A stretch of 64,000 nt of DNA from Amphiscolops sp. MND2022 (lineage: Eukaryota). Within the stretch, counting starts at the first letter, position 1. Every line of letters begins with the position of its first letter. The DNA is taken from contig OZ076409.1 of the NCBI GenBank assembly GCA_964187785.1, positions 30,134,001 through 30,198,000 on the forward strand. The letters run 5' to 3'. Shown piece by piece: positions 12,151 through 25,600 of this stretch. The notes beneath the pieces are model-generated. The model searched no databases. It was not told the DNA's origin and saw only the letters and a program-made list of their open reading frames with translations. The translations under genes and the position numbers were made by a program.

Positions 12151-13082
12151 GAATTGTTTCTTTGTAAGACTAACGGTGCCATATACTGTTTTTGTATGGA
12201 ATGAAAAGTAAACGAGTGAAGCTGCTGTAGAAAGCAAAGTACCCATCTGTAGCACCCATTTACAAGATGGACTTCGGAAAGTTTTTTCAAAAAAGTCAGA
12301 GCGCAAATTTCAGAAAAATTCTGTAGCTATAAAAATTTTCCTCCCCTCTTTGGGCACTTTATAAAAAAGGTTGTATCTTAATATTATCGATCGTCAGAAG
12401 TGGCTGGACTACATGATTAGTTGCACTCGAAGGTTGTTTTACGTCTGCAAGGTACTAAAATTGATAGAAAGGCACTTGCAAAATCCACTACTTTCAATAA
12501 TTTCAAGTCCTTTTTAAAGTATGTTGCCTTTAAGAATATAGATGATTCCATTCGATGTGCATTGGAATTCAAATGAACTTCATCCTTCTTCAAAAGCTTA
12601 TTCCTAAGCACTTGTCTGGAAATTTTTCTAAATTTCCAGCCTTCTTGACGAGAAGCTAGTAAAGAATTAACTTCTTTTGCTCAATGAGTTTGAGAGTGGC
12701 GTAAATGTATACCAAGTACGAAAACTCTTTTGGCCTTTCTTAGCAAAAGATTTGCTAGATCAGATATCTGTCGAACTAATTGTTCTGACGTTACAGCAGA
12801 AAGGTTGTTACCTCGTATTAATAGGGCAGTGATCTTTCTTGGGAATAAAATTGTAGACGTGTTCTTTTTTTAGCTCCAGGCAAAGATAAAATGTTAATGC
12901 TCGCTACATTGAGCTCTTTTCCTTGACTATCAGAAATTACGTTTCTGGTCGTTCAAACCTCGAATAGATGATAGCGCATCTAATTCCAACTGTAGTAATA
13001 GCTTCCGTGACTTTAAACAAGTTTGCGAGGTCGGTGAAGCAATTACTGCATCTCGGACCGCTTTTGGACTTGTTTAAACATA

Positions 13083-13539
13083 ACAAGCCGGGAACGGCCC
13101 AATTCGGCGCCATATCTAAGGCTCATCAATAGCAAAAGGACTTCAATGTGTCAAGTATTCTCTTCTACTGTAGCCGCGTGAGGAAAAAATTGGAAAAAAT
13201 ATCCGAAATCGCATAGTGCCGAAAAATGTAAAAGGGGCCTTTAGGAGTTTTTGAACATCCATTCGTTTGCAAAATAGGAAAAATGAAAGGTGGACCCTTC
13301 GGAGACATTTAAAAACATTGCGAAAAAAAGTCACCAAGCCAAAAAAAACCTGCCCAAAAAATTTAACCTCTATGCTAATTTAACCTCTTAATTAACCTCT
13401 ATGCTAAGTGGCAGTAGAAGTTACAAGTGTGGCAGTTAAGTGGACGCAGCTGATGAAGCTTATGAAGTCTGTCACTTCGTTGGTCCTAAAAATGTCACTG
13501 CTAAAGTCTGCGTTTTCTACGAAAAGCGCCGACTAAAAA
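13083..13539 (-). mobile_element. DINE-1/HINE-like non-autonomous element, same family as 7738-8131
   Basis: Shares ACAAG.CGGGAAC...ATATCTAAGGCTCA start and AAAAGC.CCGACTAA end with the 7738 copy; sub-TIR TCGGCGC/GCGCCGA; GCCG-GGAA-CGGC hairpin. Confidence 0.7.
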
Positions 13540-14339
13540 TTACTGACTTGAAGATCTTTCTCATAAAACTCACTAAACCGTTTGATCGTCCATGAAGTTG
13601 GGGTGTAACAAATTGAAGTTAAATACTTTACCCGAAGATCGAAAGCCTTCTGTACCAAAACCCGTTTAAGCGAAAAATTGCCAATAATGCTATAATAATG
13701 TATTATTGTTGGAATCTCGAATCCTGTTTAAAAACAAGATTAACTTAACAAGACGAAATAGCTCTATATTAGCCCAAATCACCTTGAATACCCGAACGAT
13801 AAAGTTCCAAACAAATACTTTCTTGGTTGCTTGAATAAGGTTATCAACTGCTTTATCTCTTTTCTATCTCTCTTAACAAGAAGTTAACTTGGGTTGTTTA
13901 ACACTACATGAAATTACATGAACTGCCATATTCACAATCAAAATTACTGGCACCATAAAGAACTATTAGATACAACTAGGTTGTCAAACTGCCCAACTTT
14001 GAGGCGATAAAATACATGAAGATATTTGTATATCGACATCTGAAGCTTACATTTATATGGTTTTGTAATTCCCGATTATAATTATTTGCTCTCAAAGCTT
14101 CTATCAGGTCACAAAAGCTGTACCGGCTTCCGCCTGTGCTAGGTATAACTGAATATGAACTACTTGAAAGGTTAATAATACACAAAAAAACGATGAAGTA
14201 CGAAATTTGTATTATAGAGGGAAAGTCTGATTTTGACCTAGAAAAATGTTTGTTTTTGCAATTTTTGTCTTCGATTTTTTTTGCCCTAATAGTTGAAATG
14301 CCGTAAAAAATGATGGCGTTACTATTCCTGTTTTCGAGA

Positions 14340-14435
14340 TCCAAAAATTAACGTTCTCGTGGCAGAATTTCCGACTCTAGTTTGGTTACCTTTTTCTAAG
14401 TTACTTTTGAGGCGCCAACAACGCCGGCCCTGTTT
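14340..14435 (-). mobile_element. Putative PPT and start of the 3' LTR of the BEL/Pao element (far end of LTR not determined)
   Basis: Just downstream of the integrase remnant the minus strand reads AAACAGGGCCGGCGT then TGTTGGCGCC (TG at 14420), resembling BEL/Pao PPT-LTR junctions. Confidence 0.45.
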
Positions 14436-14439
14436 TCAG

Positions 14440-16060
14440 ATTGGAAACTCTTTGTAAAGTGGCGCCAACTTTATCACAGGTCGTTTCAGTATACCGTCAT
14501 ATTTTTCGATGTGAACTGATCTCACGCGGTCTTTTCCAGGGTAGGTGTGAAGAACTCTTGGCATCTTGTAATGAGATCGCTTCACATTGTCTTCTAACAA
14601 CCATACTAAGTCGCCTATCGCAACGTTTTCGTTCTACTTGTTCCATTGAGATCTTATATTGTGCTGTGGTAGATATTCTTCCACCCATCTTTTCCAAATC
14701 ATGTCTGCATAAGCTTGACAAGATCGAAACATTTTTCAATGGTTAGCATATAACTCTGCATTCGGGATAAATGGTATACAAAAGCTTGCTCGACGCAGAA
14801 TAAAATGATTGGGCTTCCAAATCATTGGTTTTGGGCTTCCAAATCATTGGGATCATCACTTGCTTGCGTAATTGGTCGGGCATTCAAAGTTTGTTCTACC
14901 AAACACATAGTCGTAGTCAATGATTCGTCAGTTAGTGCTCGATTACCAGGAATAATTATCATTGCCTTCTTCCAACTCCTGACTAACCGTTCCCATTCAC
15001 CTGCGAAATGAGGCGCCTCTGGTGGGATGAATTTCGACACTTGTCTTGGGCTCTGATGTAATTTGGCCTGTTTCCCATGAATCAGTATCCTTTCAATTCT
15101 CTCGCTGAGCCAACGAACTTTGTCGCATTGTCACTAATGACAGTTTCTGGCTTGCGATGTCAAGAAATAAACCTTTTGATAGCTGTTAAACAAGAGTCTG
15201 TATCAAGGGTTCTAACCACCTCGATGGGAACAGCACGAGGCGTTAAGTATGAAGGCAACACCAACGTTTCATTGTTCTTCGCTACTTTTTTTTTTACTTC
15301 AAATGGACCATAGTATTCTACTCCCATGTTTGTAAATGGATATGACTAGTAATCTAAACGTTCTGCAGGTGAATCAGCGAAAGTTGGAACTTGTACTGAA
15401 GCGCGTAACTTCCGACAAAAGACAATTGTTTTTAAAACTTCTCAAGATAAAGCGTAAACATAGTTTCCGAAATTTTTGCTGCACAATACTTCCGGATCCT
15501 GAATCACACTTTCGGTTTCAAATACTGCAACTTCAGTATGATCATCAGGAACCATGTTATTCGGCTGCAGAGATAAAGGCCAGTCATTATGATGGTCTTT
15601 CGAACAAATTGCTCCAGACAACTTTTCACTCTGATAGCTTCTGTATAGTTGTCCCTCTAGTACCAATATCTGACGGAATCATATCACCCTTAATGTGTTC
15701 CCGTTCGTCGATGGAGGAAGTTTCTCAAAATTCAGCTGCTGTTAGCAACGAAAACGTTTGCTTCTTGTCAACAGAATGCAACCATTGGAGTACTATAACT
15801 GAATCTAACCAATAACTAACACCGTCATCTTTTAAAATGTGCAACTGCATGTTTTTGGGGTTACCTGAAATATTTTTCTGGTAAGTGAAGTTCTTTTGAT
15901 AGCTTGCATTTCTGCAACCCAATCCAGATACTTAGTTGTCATCATCAGGGATTTGGTCATCCCAGCGTTGTCCAAATCGATTCCAAACACCTTTCAAGAG
16001 ATTTCTCATTCGCAAAGTGAACGGTGCGAAAATTCCCACGGGATCAAAAACTGAGGAAAC
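14440..16060 (-). pseudogene. BEL/Pao pol C-terminal remnant (RNase H and integrase), single copy
   Basis: KFIPPEAPHFAGEWERLVRSWKKAM...LVEQTLNARPIT (integrase), YWLDSVIVLQWL (Pao RNase H), and FDPVGIFAPF continuing from RT; stops and frameshifts. Confidence 0.92.
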
Positions 16061-16489
16061 AAAAGAAAACACTACAGGTTGTGTGACATTTTGCGGACTT
16101 TCTTCGCTAGGTCCTCGACAAACTTGCAGACAATCTTTATCGAATATCCATTCAGACGTAAAATAGATGAATCTGCGTTAAGCGTGAATTCGTTCGCTTC
16201 TAAAACGATCTTCTACCGGGATTAAAATTTCCGGACAGTTGCTAACCCATTTCTTCAATGTGAACCACTACGTTTGAGCGTTTTCACCAACTCTAGTAAC
16301 ACTAGATTGTAGCCTGAGGGCTACCAACACATTTAGCAAGCTCGTCGATATAGAAGTTTCTTTCAATGGTTAACGGTGCAGAAGGAAAATCAACTTTATT
16401 CTCTTCCGCCTTCTTGGAAGCCGTACTTTGCACAGGTTGGCGAACTTTTTGCCCCGAACACGTGCCTGTTATACTCAAAAACTCCAATA

Positions 16490-16662
16490 CAGTGGATCCC
16501 GGATTTAATCAACGCCATGGGAACGACTATCGGTGTTTCTCATAATCGAACTTCTTATATTGGGGTTTTAAAAGGAATGAAATTGCCAGTCGGGGCCAAG
16601 ATACGCATTGACTATAAACGGGTATTTCTTATAGGCGAGTTTCTAACATCTTGGATACACTG
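16490..16662. mobile_element. 173-bp Tc1/mariner-type MITE
   Basis: TA|CAGTGGATCC...GGATACACTG|TA inserted in CCAA-TA-TTGTC; the empty site is present in other units (e.g. ~61085). Confidence 0.9.
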
Positions 16663-19600
16663 TATTGTCGTCATGATCATGTCGAATGAAAACGAAGTAC
16701 TTTGCAATGTTCTTTGGCAACCGCTACTTGCAAAAACCGACTCAATATCAGCAGTTATCGCTATTTGATTTTCTCTAAACCTGAAAACAATTCCCACTAA
16801 GTTGTGCATTAAATGAGATCCGCTGAGAAGTTTGTCATTCAGCCAAACGCCTCTAAACTTTGAAGCTGCATTACAAACTCTTCTGATCTTGCCTGGCTTG
16901 TGTGGATGCTCGACAGGATTATGACGTGAATACCATTGCATATCACTCTCTGTACTTACCACTTTTTTCAGTTTTCGTACAAAATGACTTTCCAAGTCCT
17001 CAATGGTGGCTTTGTAAGCTTCTTTCAAATGTGGATCCTTGCCTAATCGTTTATCCAGTTTATCCAGCCCCTATCGTTTAACAGTTGCTAACCCATTTTT
17101 TCAAGGTGAACCACCTCGTTTGAGCGTTTTCACCAACTCTAGTAACACGAGATATCAGGCTGGGGACTACCAACACTTTTAACAAGCCCGTTCATTTAGA
17201 AGTTTCTTTCAATGGTTAACGGTGCTGAAGGAAAATCAACTTTCTTCTCTTCCGCATTTTTGGAATCCGTACTTTGCACATGTTGGAGAACTTTTGCCCC
17301 GAACACGTGCCTGTTATACTCAAAAACTTCATTATTGTCGTCATGATCATTTCCAATGACAACGAAAAACTTTGCAACGTTCTTTGGCAACCGCAACTTG
17401 CAAAAACATGGACTGAATATCAGCAGTTATCGCTGTTTGATTTTCGCTAAACCTGAAAACAATTACCACTAAGTCGCGCAAGAAATGAGGTCCGCTGAGA
17501 AGTTTGTCATTCAGCGAAACGCTTTTGAACTTTGAAGCTTCATTACAAACACTTCTCACCTTGCCTGGCTTGTGTGAATGCTCGACAGGATGATGAGGTG
17601 AATACCATTGCATATCATTCTCTGTACTTACCATTTCGTTACAGTTTTCGTACAAAATGATTTTCCAAGTCCTCAATGGTGGCTTTGTTAGCTTCTTTCA
17701 AATCTGTATCCTTGCCTAATCTTTTATCCATTGACACACTGTTGGTACGCAAAATAATAGTTAATCCGGAGATTGGGATTGTCGTCGGCCCGGAGACGTC
17801 CCACTTCATAACGTTCGACGTTATGCCTTGTTGTGTTTTCGAAGATCATCTGAGCTCTTTTTTCTTCCTTAAATAGTCCTGAGACATCACGTACAGACGC
17901 GTAAGTCTCCATGTCCCACCATTTTTTAGTCTGATCTGCTAAAGGATCAGATTGCATGGCACCGAAAGATTACAAGAAACTGCCATACAGTTTTGGGTGA
18001 TGCTCCATTGACTGTCCGTCTTCAGGAGGTTTCGACCGCCCAAGGTTCATTCCTGTCACCTGATTTATATTCGAGAGGTCTGATGACGTGATACGCATCT
18101 TGACCAAGATTGACCTTGGTATCAGCCATTGAGACTTTTATATCCGTCAACTCGGTCAAGTAAGCATAGTTCATTTTTGTGAGGTCATAATTTTTGTCAC
18201 CGACATTCAAGTTTAGATGACTGCAGAATGTCAATTCCTCTCCCGCAATTTCTGTTTCACTAGGACCATTTCTGGTTGTAACAATTTCGGTTGTCATATC
18301 AGATAGCCCACTAATTCTAGGTACTGACATTACAGATTCTTTCCCTTCCAATTTCAAAAGGTCAACCAATGTTTGGTCCACAAACGATACAGTGGAACCG
18401 GTATCACAGAGACCTATCGTCTCAACACGTCTTATTTCCCATTGAAATTGGTTTCAACTGTAAGAAACCACCACCTCCCGCTGTGAGCAGTGAAGAACTG
18501 CCGGTCCTGTTTTGAGACAGGGATTCTTCGGATTTCTTGTCCTTTTCTGTTTTGGGAGAGTTCAAATGCAAAAGCTTGTTAGGTTTCTTAGTGCATCCAC
18601 TTACTCCACAAATTTTCCGATTTACAGTCTTTCATCAAATGTGAGTTTGGACAACAACAGGAAAGTTTCAATTGCCTCAACGTTCCATATCTTTCATTAA
18701 CACTTAGTTGTTTCACCATAGTACACATCCAAAAATTCCCATAGGATCAAAAACTGAGGAAAAAAGATAACACTAGACGTTGAGTGATATTTTGTGGACT
18801 TTCTTCGCTAGGTCCTTGGCATACTTGCAGACAATCTTTATCGAATATCCACTCCGGACATAGAATAGATGATTCTGCGTTAAGCGTGAATTCGTTCGCT
18901 TCTAATCGATCCTCTACTGGGATTATTTGTAAAACTTCCGGACAGTTGCTAACCCATTTTTTCAATGTGAACCACCACGTTTGAGCGTTTTCACCAACTC
19001 CAGTAACACGAGGTATCAGGCTTGGGACTACCGACACTTTTAACAAGCTCGTTCATATAGAAGTTTCTTTCAATGGTTAACGGTGCTGAAGGAAAATCAA
19101 CTTTCTTCTCTTCCGCCTTTTTGGAACCCGTACTTTGCACAGGTTGGAGAACTTTTGCCCCGAACACGTGCCTGTTATACTCAAAAACTTCATTATTGTC
19201 GTCATGATCATTTCCAATGACAACGAAAAACTTTGCAACGTTCTTTGGCAACCGCAACTTGCAAAAACATGGACTCAATATTAGCAGTTATCGCTGTTTG
19301 ATTTTCGCTAAACCTGAAAACAATTACCACTAAGTCGTGCAAGAAATGAGGTCCGCTGAGAAGTTTGTCATTCAGTGAAACGCTTTTGATGAAGCTTCAT
19401 TACAAACTCTTCTGAACTTGCCTGGCTCGTGTGGATGCTCGACAGGATGATGAGGTGAATACCATTGCCTATCATTATCTGTACTTACCACTTCGCTACA
19501 CTTTCCGTACAAAATGATTTTCCAAGTCCTCAATGGTGGCTTTGTTAGCTTCTTTCAAATCTGGATCCTTGCCTAAACTTTTATCCATTGACAAACTGTT

Positions 19601-22600
19601 GGTACGCAAAATAATAGTTAATCCGGAGATTGGGATTGTCGTCGGCCCGGAGACGTACCACTTCATAACGTTCGCCGTTGTGCTTTGTTGTGTTTTCGAA
19701 GATCACTTGAGCTCTTTTTTCTTCCTTAAATAGTCCTGAGACATCACGTACAGACGCGTAAGTCTCCATGTCCCACCATTTTTTAGTCTGATCTGCTAAA
19801 GGATCAGATGGCATGGCACCGAAAGATTACAAGAAACTGCCATACAGTTTTGGGTGATGCTCCATTGACTGTCCGTCCTCAGGAGGTTTCGACCGCCCAA
19901 GGTTCATTCCTGTAACCTGATTTATATTCGAGAGGTCTGATGACGTGATACGCATCTTGACCAAGAATGACCTTGGTATCAGCCATTGAGATTTTTATAT
20001 CCGTCAAGTCGATCAAGTAAGCATAGTTCATATTTGTGAAGTCATAATTTTTGTCACCGACATTCGAGTTTAGATGACTGCAGAATGTCAATTCCTCTCC
20101 CGCAATTTCTGTTTCACTAGGACCATTTCTGGTTGTAACAATTTCGGTTGTCATATCAGATAGCCCAATAATTCCAGGTACTGACATTACAGATTCTTTC
20201 CCTTCCAATTTCAAAAGGTCAACCAAGGTTTGGTCCACAAACGATACAGTGGAACCGGTATCACAGAGACCTATCGTCTCAACACGTCTTATTTCCCATT
20301 GAAATCGGTATCAACTATAAGAAACCACCACCTGCCGCTGTGAGCAGTGAAGAACTGCCGGTCCTGTTTTGAGACAGGGATTCTTCGGATTTCTTGTCCT
20401 TTTCTGTTTTGGGAGAGTTCAAATGCAAAAGCTTGTTAGGTTTCTTAGTGCATCCACTTACTCCACAAATTTTCCGATTTACAGTCTTTCATCAAATGTG
20501 AGTTTGGACAACAACAGGAAAGTTTCAATTGCCTCAACGTTCCATATCTTTCATTAACACTTAGTTGTTTCACCATAGTACACATCCAAAAATTCCCATA
20601 GGATCAAAAACTGAGGAAAAAAGATAACACTAGACGTTGAGTGATATTTTGTGGACTTTCTTCGCTAGGTCCTTGGCATACTTGCAGACAATCTTTATCG
20701 AATATCCACTCCGGACATAGAATAGATGATTCTGCGTTAAGCGTGAATTCGTTCGCTTCTAATCGATCTTCTACTGGGATTATTTGTAAAACTTCCGGAC
20801 AGTTGCTAACCCATTTTTTCAATGTGAACCACCACGTTTGAGCGTTTTCACCAACTCTAGTAACACGAGGTATCCGGCTGGGGACTACCGACACTTTTAA
20901 CAAGCTCGTTCATTTAGAAGTTTCTTTCAATGGTTAACGGTGCTGAAGGAAACTCAACTTTCTTCTCTTCCGCATTTTTGGAACCCGTACTTTGCACAGG
21001 TTGGAGAACTTTTGCCCCGAACACGTGCCTGTTATACTCAAAAACTTCTTGTCGTCATGATCATTTCCAATGACAACGAAAAACTTTGCAACGTTCTTTG
21101 GCAACCGCAACTTGCAAAAACATGGACTCAATATCAGCAGTTATCGCTGTTTGATTTTCGCTAAACCTGAAAACAATTACCACTAAGTCGCGCAAGAAAT
21201 GAGGTCCGCTGAGAAGTTTGTCATTCAGTGAAACGCTTTTGATGAAGCTTCATTACAAACTTTGCACAGGTTGGAGAACTTTTGCCCCGAACACGTGCCT
21301 GTTATACTCAAAAACTTCTTGTCGTCATGATCATTTCCAATGACAACGAAAAACTTTGCAACGTTCTTTGGCAACCGCAACTTGCAAAAACATGGACTCA
21401 ATATCAGCAGTTATCGCTGTTTGATTTTCGCTAAACCTGAAAACAATTACCACTAAGTCGCGCAAGAAATGAGGTCCGCTGAGAAGTTTGTCATTCAGTG
21501 AAACGCTTTTGATGAAGCTTCATTACAAACTCTTCTGAACTTGCCTGGCTTGTGTGGATGCTCGACAGGATGATGAGGTGACTACCATTGCATATCATTA
21601 TCTGTACTTACCACTTCGCTACACTTTTCGTACAAAATGATTTTCCAAGTCCTCAATGGTGGCTTTGTTAGCTTCTTTCAAATCTGGATCCTTGCCTAAA
21701 CTTTTATCCATTGACAAACTGTTGGTACGCAAAATAATAGTTAATCCGGAGATTGGGATTGTCGTCGGCCCGGAGACGTCCCACTTCATAACGTTCGCCG
21801 TTATGCCTTGTTGTGTTTTCGAAGATCACTTGAGTTTTTTTCTTCCTTAAATAGTCCTGAGACATCACGTACAGACGCGTAAGTCTCCATGTCCCACCAT
21901 TTTTTAGTCTGATCTGCTAAAGGATCAGATGGCATGGCACCGAAAGATTACAAGAAACTGCCATACAGTTTTGGGTGATGCTCCATTGACTGTCCGTCCT
22001 CAGGAGGTTTCGACCGCCCAAGGTTCATTCCTGTCACCTGATTTATATTCGAGAGGTCTGATGACGTGATACGCATCTTGACCAAGAATGACCTTGGTAT
22101 CAGCCATTGAGATTTTTATATCCGTCAAGTCGGTCAAGTAAGCATAGTTCATATTTGTGAAGTCATAATTTCTGTCACCGACATTCGAGTTTAGATGACT
22201 GCAGAATGTCAATTCCTCTCCCGCAATTTCTGTTTCACTAGGACCATTTCTGGTTGTAACAATTTCGGTTGTCATATCAGATAGCCCAATAATTCCAGGT
22301 ACTGACATTACAGATTCTTTTCTCCCAATTTCAAAAGGTCAACCAATGTTTGGTCCACAAACGATACAGTGGAACCGGTATCACAGAGACCTATCGTTTC
22401 AACACGTCTTATTTCCCATTGAAATTGGTATCAACTATAAGAAACCACCACCTCCCGCTGTGAGCAGTGAAGAACTGCCGGTCCTGTTTTGAGACAGGGA
22501 TTCTTCGGATTTCTAGTCCTTTTTCTGTTTTGGGAGAGTTCAAATGCAAAAGCTTGTTAGGTTTCTTAGTGCATCCACTTACTCCACAAATTTTCCGATT

Positions 22601-25600
22601 TACAGTCTTTCATCAAATGTGAGTTTGGACAACAACAGGAAAGTTTCAATTGCCTCAACGTTCCATATCTTTCATTAACACTTAGTTGTTTCACCATAGT
22701 ACACATCCAAAATTTCCCATAGGATCAAAAACCGAGGAAAAAAGATAACACTAGACGTTGAGTGATATTTTGTGGACTTTCTTCGCTAGGTCCTTGGCAT
22801 ACTTGCAGACAATCTTTATCGAATATCCACTACTGACATAGAATAGATGATTCTGCGTTAAGCGTGAATTCGTTCGCTTCTAATCGATCTTCTACTGGGA
22901 TTATTTGTAAAACTTCCGGACAGTTGCTAACCCATTTTTTCAATGTGAACCACCACGTTTGAGCGTTTTCACCAACTCTAGTAACACGAGGTATCCGGCT
23001 GGGGACTACCGACACTTTTAACAAGCTCGTTCATTTAGAAGTTTCTTTCAATGGTTAACGGTGCTGAAGGAAAATCAACTTTCTTCTCTTCCGCATTTTT
23101 GGAACCCGTACTTTGCACAGGTTGGAGAACTTTTGCCCCGAACACGTGCCTGTTATACTCAAAAACTTCATTATTGTCGTCATGATCATTTCCAATGACA
23201 ACGAAAAACTTTGCAACGTTCTTTGGCAACCGCAACTTGCAAAAACATGGACTCAATATCAGCAGTTATCGCTGTTTGATTTTCGCTAAACCTGAAAACA
23301 ATTACCACTAAGTCGCGCAAGAAATGAGGTCCGCTGAGAAGTTTGTCATTCAGTGAAACGCTTTTGATGAAGCTTCATTACAAACTCTTCTGAACTTGCC
23401 TGGCTTGTGTGGATGCTCGACAGGATGATGAGGTGAATACCATTGCATATCATTATCTGTACTTACCACTTCGCTACACTTTTCGTACAAAATGATTTTC
23501 CAAGTCCTCAATGGTGGCTTTGTTAGCTTCTTTCAAATCTGGATCCTTGCCTAAACTTTTATCCATTGACAAACTGTTGGTACGCAAAATAATAGTTAAT
23601 CCGGAGATTGGGATTGTCGTCGGCCCGGAGACGTCCCACTTCATAACGTTCGCCGTTATGCCTTGTTGTGTTTTCGAAGATCACTTGAGCTCTTTTTTCT
23701 TCCTTAAATAGTCCTGAGACATCACGTACAGACGCGTAAGTCTCCATGTCCCACCATTTTTCAGTCTGATCTGCTAAAGGATCAGATGGCATGGCACCGA
23801 AAGATTACAAGAAACTGCCATACAGTTTTGGGTGATGCTCCATTGACTGTCCGTCCTCAGGAGGTTTCGACCGCCCAAGGTTCATTCCTGTCACCTGATT
23901 TATATTCGAGAGGTCTGATGACGTGATACGCATCTTGACCAAGAATGACCTTGGTATCAGCCATTGAGATTTTTATATCCGTCAAGTCGGTCAAGTAAGC
24001 ATAGTTCATATTTGTGAAGTCATAATTTCTGTCACCGACATTCGAGTTTAGATGACTGCAGAATGTCAATTCCTCTCCCGCAATTTCTGTTTCACTAGGA
24101 CCATTTCTGGTTGTAACAATTTCGGTTGTCATATCAGATAGCCCAATAATTCCAGGTACTGACATTACAGATTCTTTCCTCCCAATTTCAAAAGGTCAAC
24201 CAATGTTTGGTCCACAAACGATACAGTGGAACCGGTATCACAGAGACCTATCGTTTCAACACGTCTTATTTCCCATTGAAATTGGTATCAACTATAAGAA
24301 ACCACCACCTCCCGCTGTGAGCAGTGAAGAACTGCCGGTCCTGTTTTGAGACAGGGATTCTTCGGATTTCTAGTCCTTTTTCTGTTTTGGGAGAGTTCAA
24401 ATGCAAAAGCTTGTTAGGTTTCTTAGTGCATCCACTTACTCCACAAATTTTCCGATTTACAGTCTTTCATCAAATGTGAGTTTGGACAACAACAGGAAAG
24501 TTTCAATTGCCTCAACGTTCCATATCTTTCATTAACACTTAGTTGTTTCACCATAGTACACATCCAAAAATTCCCATAGGATCAAAAACTGAGGAAAAAA
24601 GATAACACTAGACGTTGAGTGATATTTTGTGGACTTTCTTCGCTAGGTCCTTGGCATACTTGCAGACAATCTTTATCGAATATCCACTACTGACATAGAA
24701 TAGATGATTCTGCGTTAAGCGTGAATTCGTTCGCTTCTAATCGATCTTCTACTGGGATTATTTGTAAAACTTCCGGACAGTTGCTAACCCATTTTTTCAA
24801 TGTGAACCACCACGTTTGAGCGTTTTCACCAACTCTAGTAACACGAGGTATCAGGCTGGGGACTACCGACACTTTTAACAAGCTCGTTCATATAGAAGTT
24901 TCTTTCAATGGTTAACGGTGCTGAAGGAAAATCAACTTTCTTCTCTTCCGCCTTTTTGGATCCCGTACTTTGCACAGGTTGGAGAACTTTTGCCCCGAAC
25001 ACGTGCCTGTTATACTCAAAAACTTCATTATTGTCGTCATGATCATTTCCAATGACAACGAAAAACTTTGCAACGTTCTTTGGCAACCGCAACTTGCAAA
25101 AACATGGACTCAATATCAGCAGTTATCGCTGTTTGATTTTCGCTAAACTTGAAAACAATTACCACTAAGTCGCGCAAGAAATGAGGTCCGCTGAGAAATT
25201 TGTCATTCAGTGAAACGCTTTTGATGAAGCTTCATTACAAACTCTTCTGAACTTGCCTGGCTTGTGTGGATGCTGGACAAAATGATGAGGTGAATACCAT
25301 TGCATATCATTATCTGTACTTACCACTTCGCTACACTTTTCGTACAAAATGATTTTCCAAGTCCTCAATGGTGGCTTTGTTAGCTTCTTTCAAATCTGGA
25401 TCCTTGCCTAAACTTTTATCCATTGACAAACTGTTGGGACGCAAAATAATAGTTAATCCGGAGATTGGGATTGTCGTCGGCCCGGAGACGTCCCACTTCA
25501 TAACGTTCGCCGTTATGCCTTGTTGTGTTTTCGAAGATCACTTGAGCTCTTTTTTCTTCCTTAAATAGTCCTGAGACATCACGTACAGAAGCGTAAGTCT

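Noticed and set aside
12417..12611. VDFASAFLSI as a possible RT motif
   Set aside because: Isolated; no other RT motifs in the expected order.
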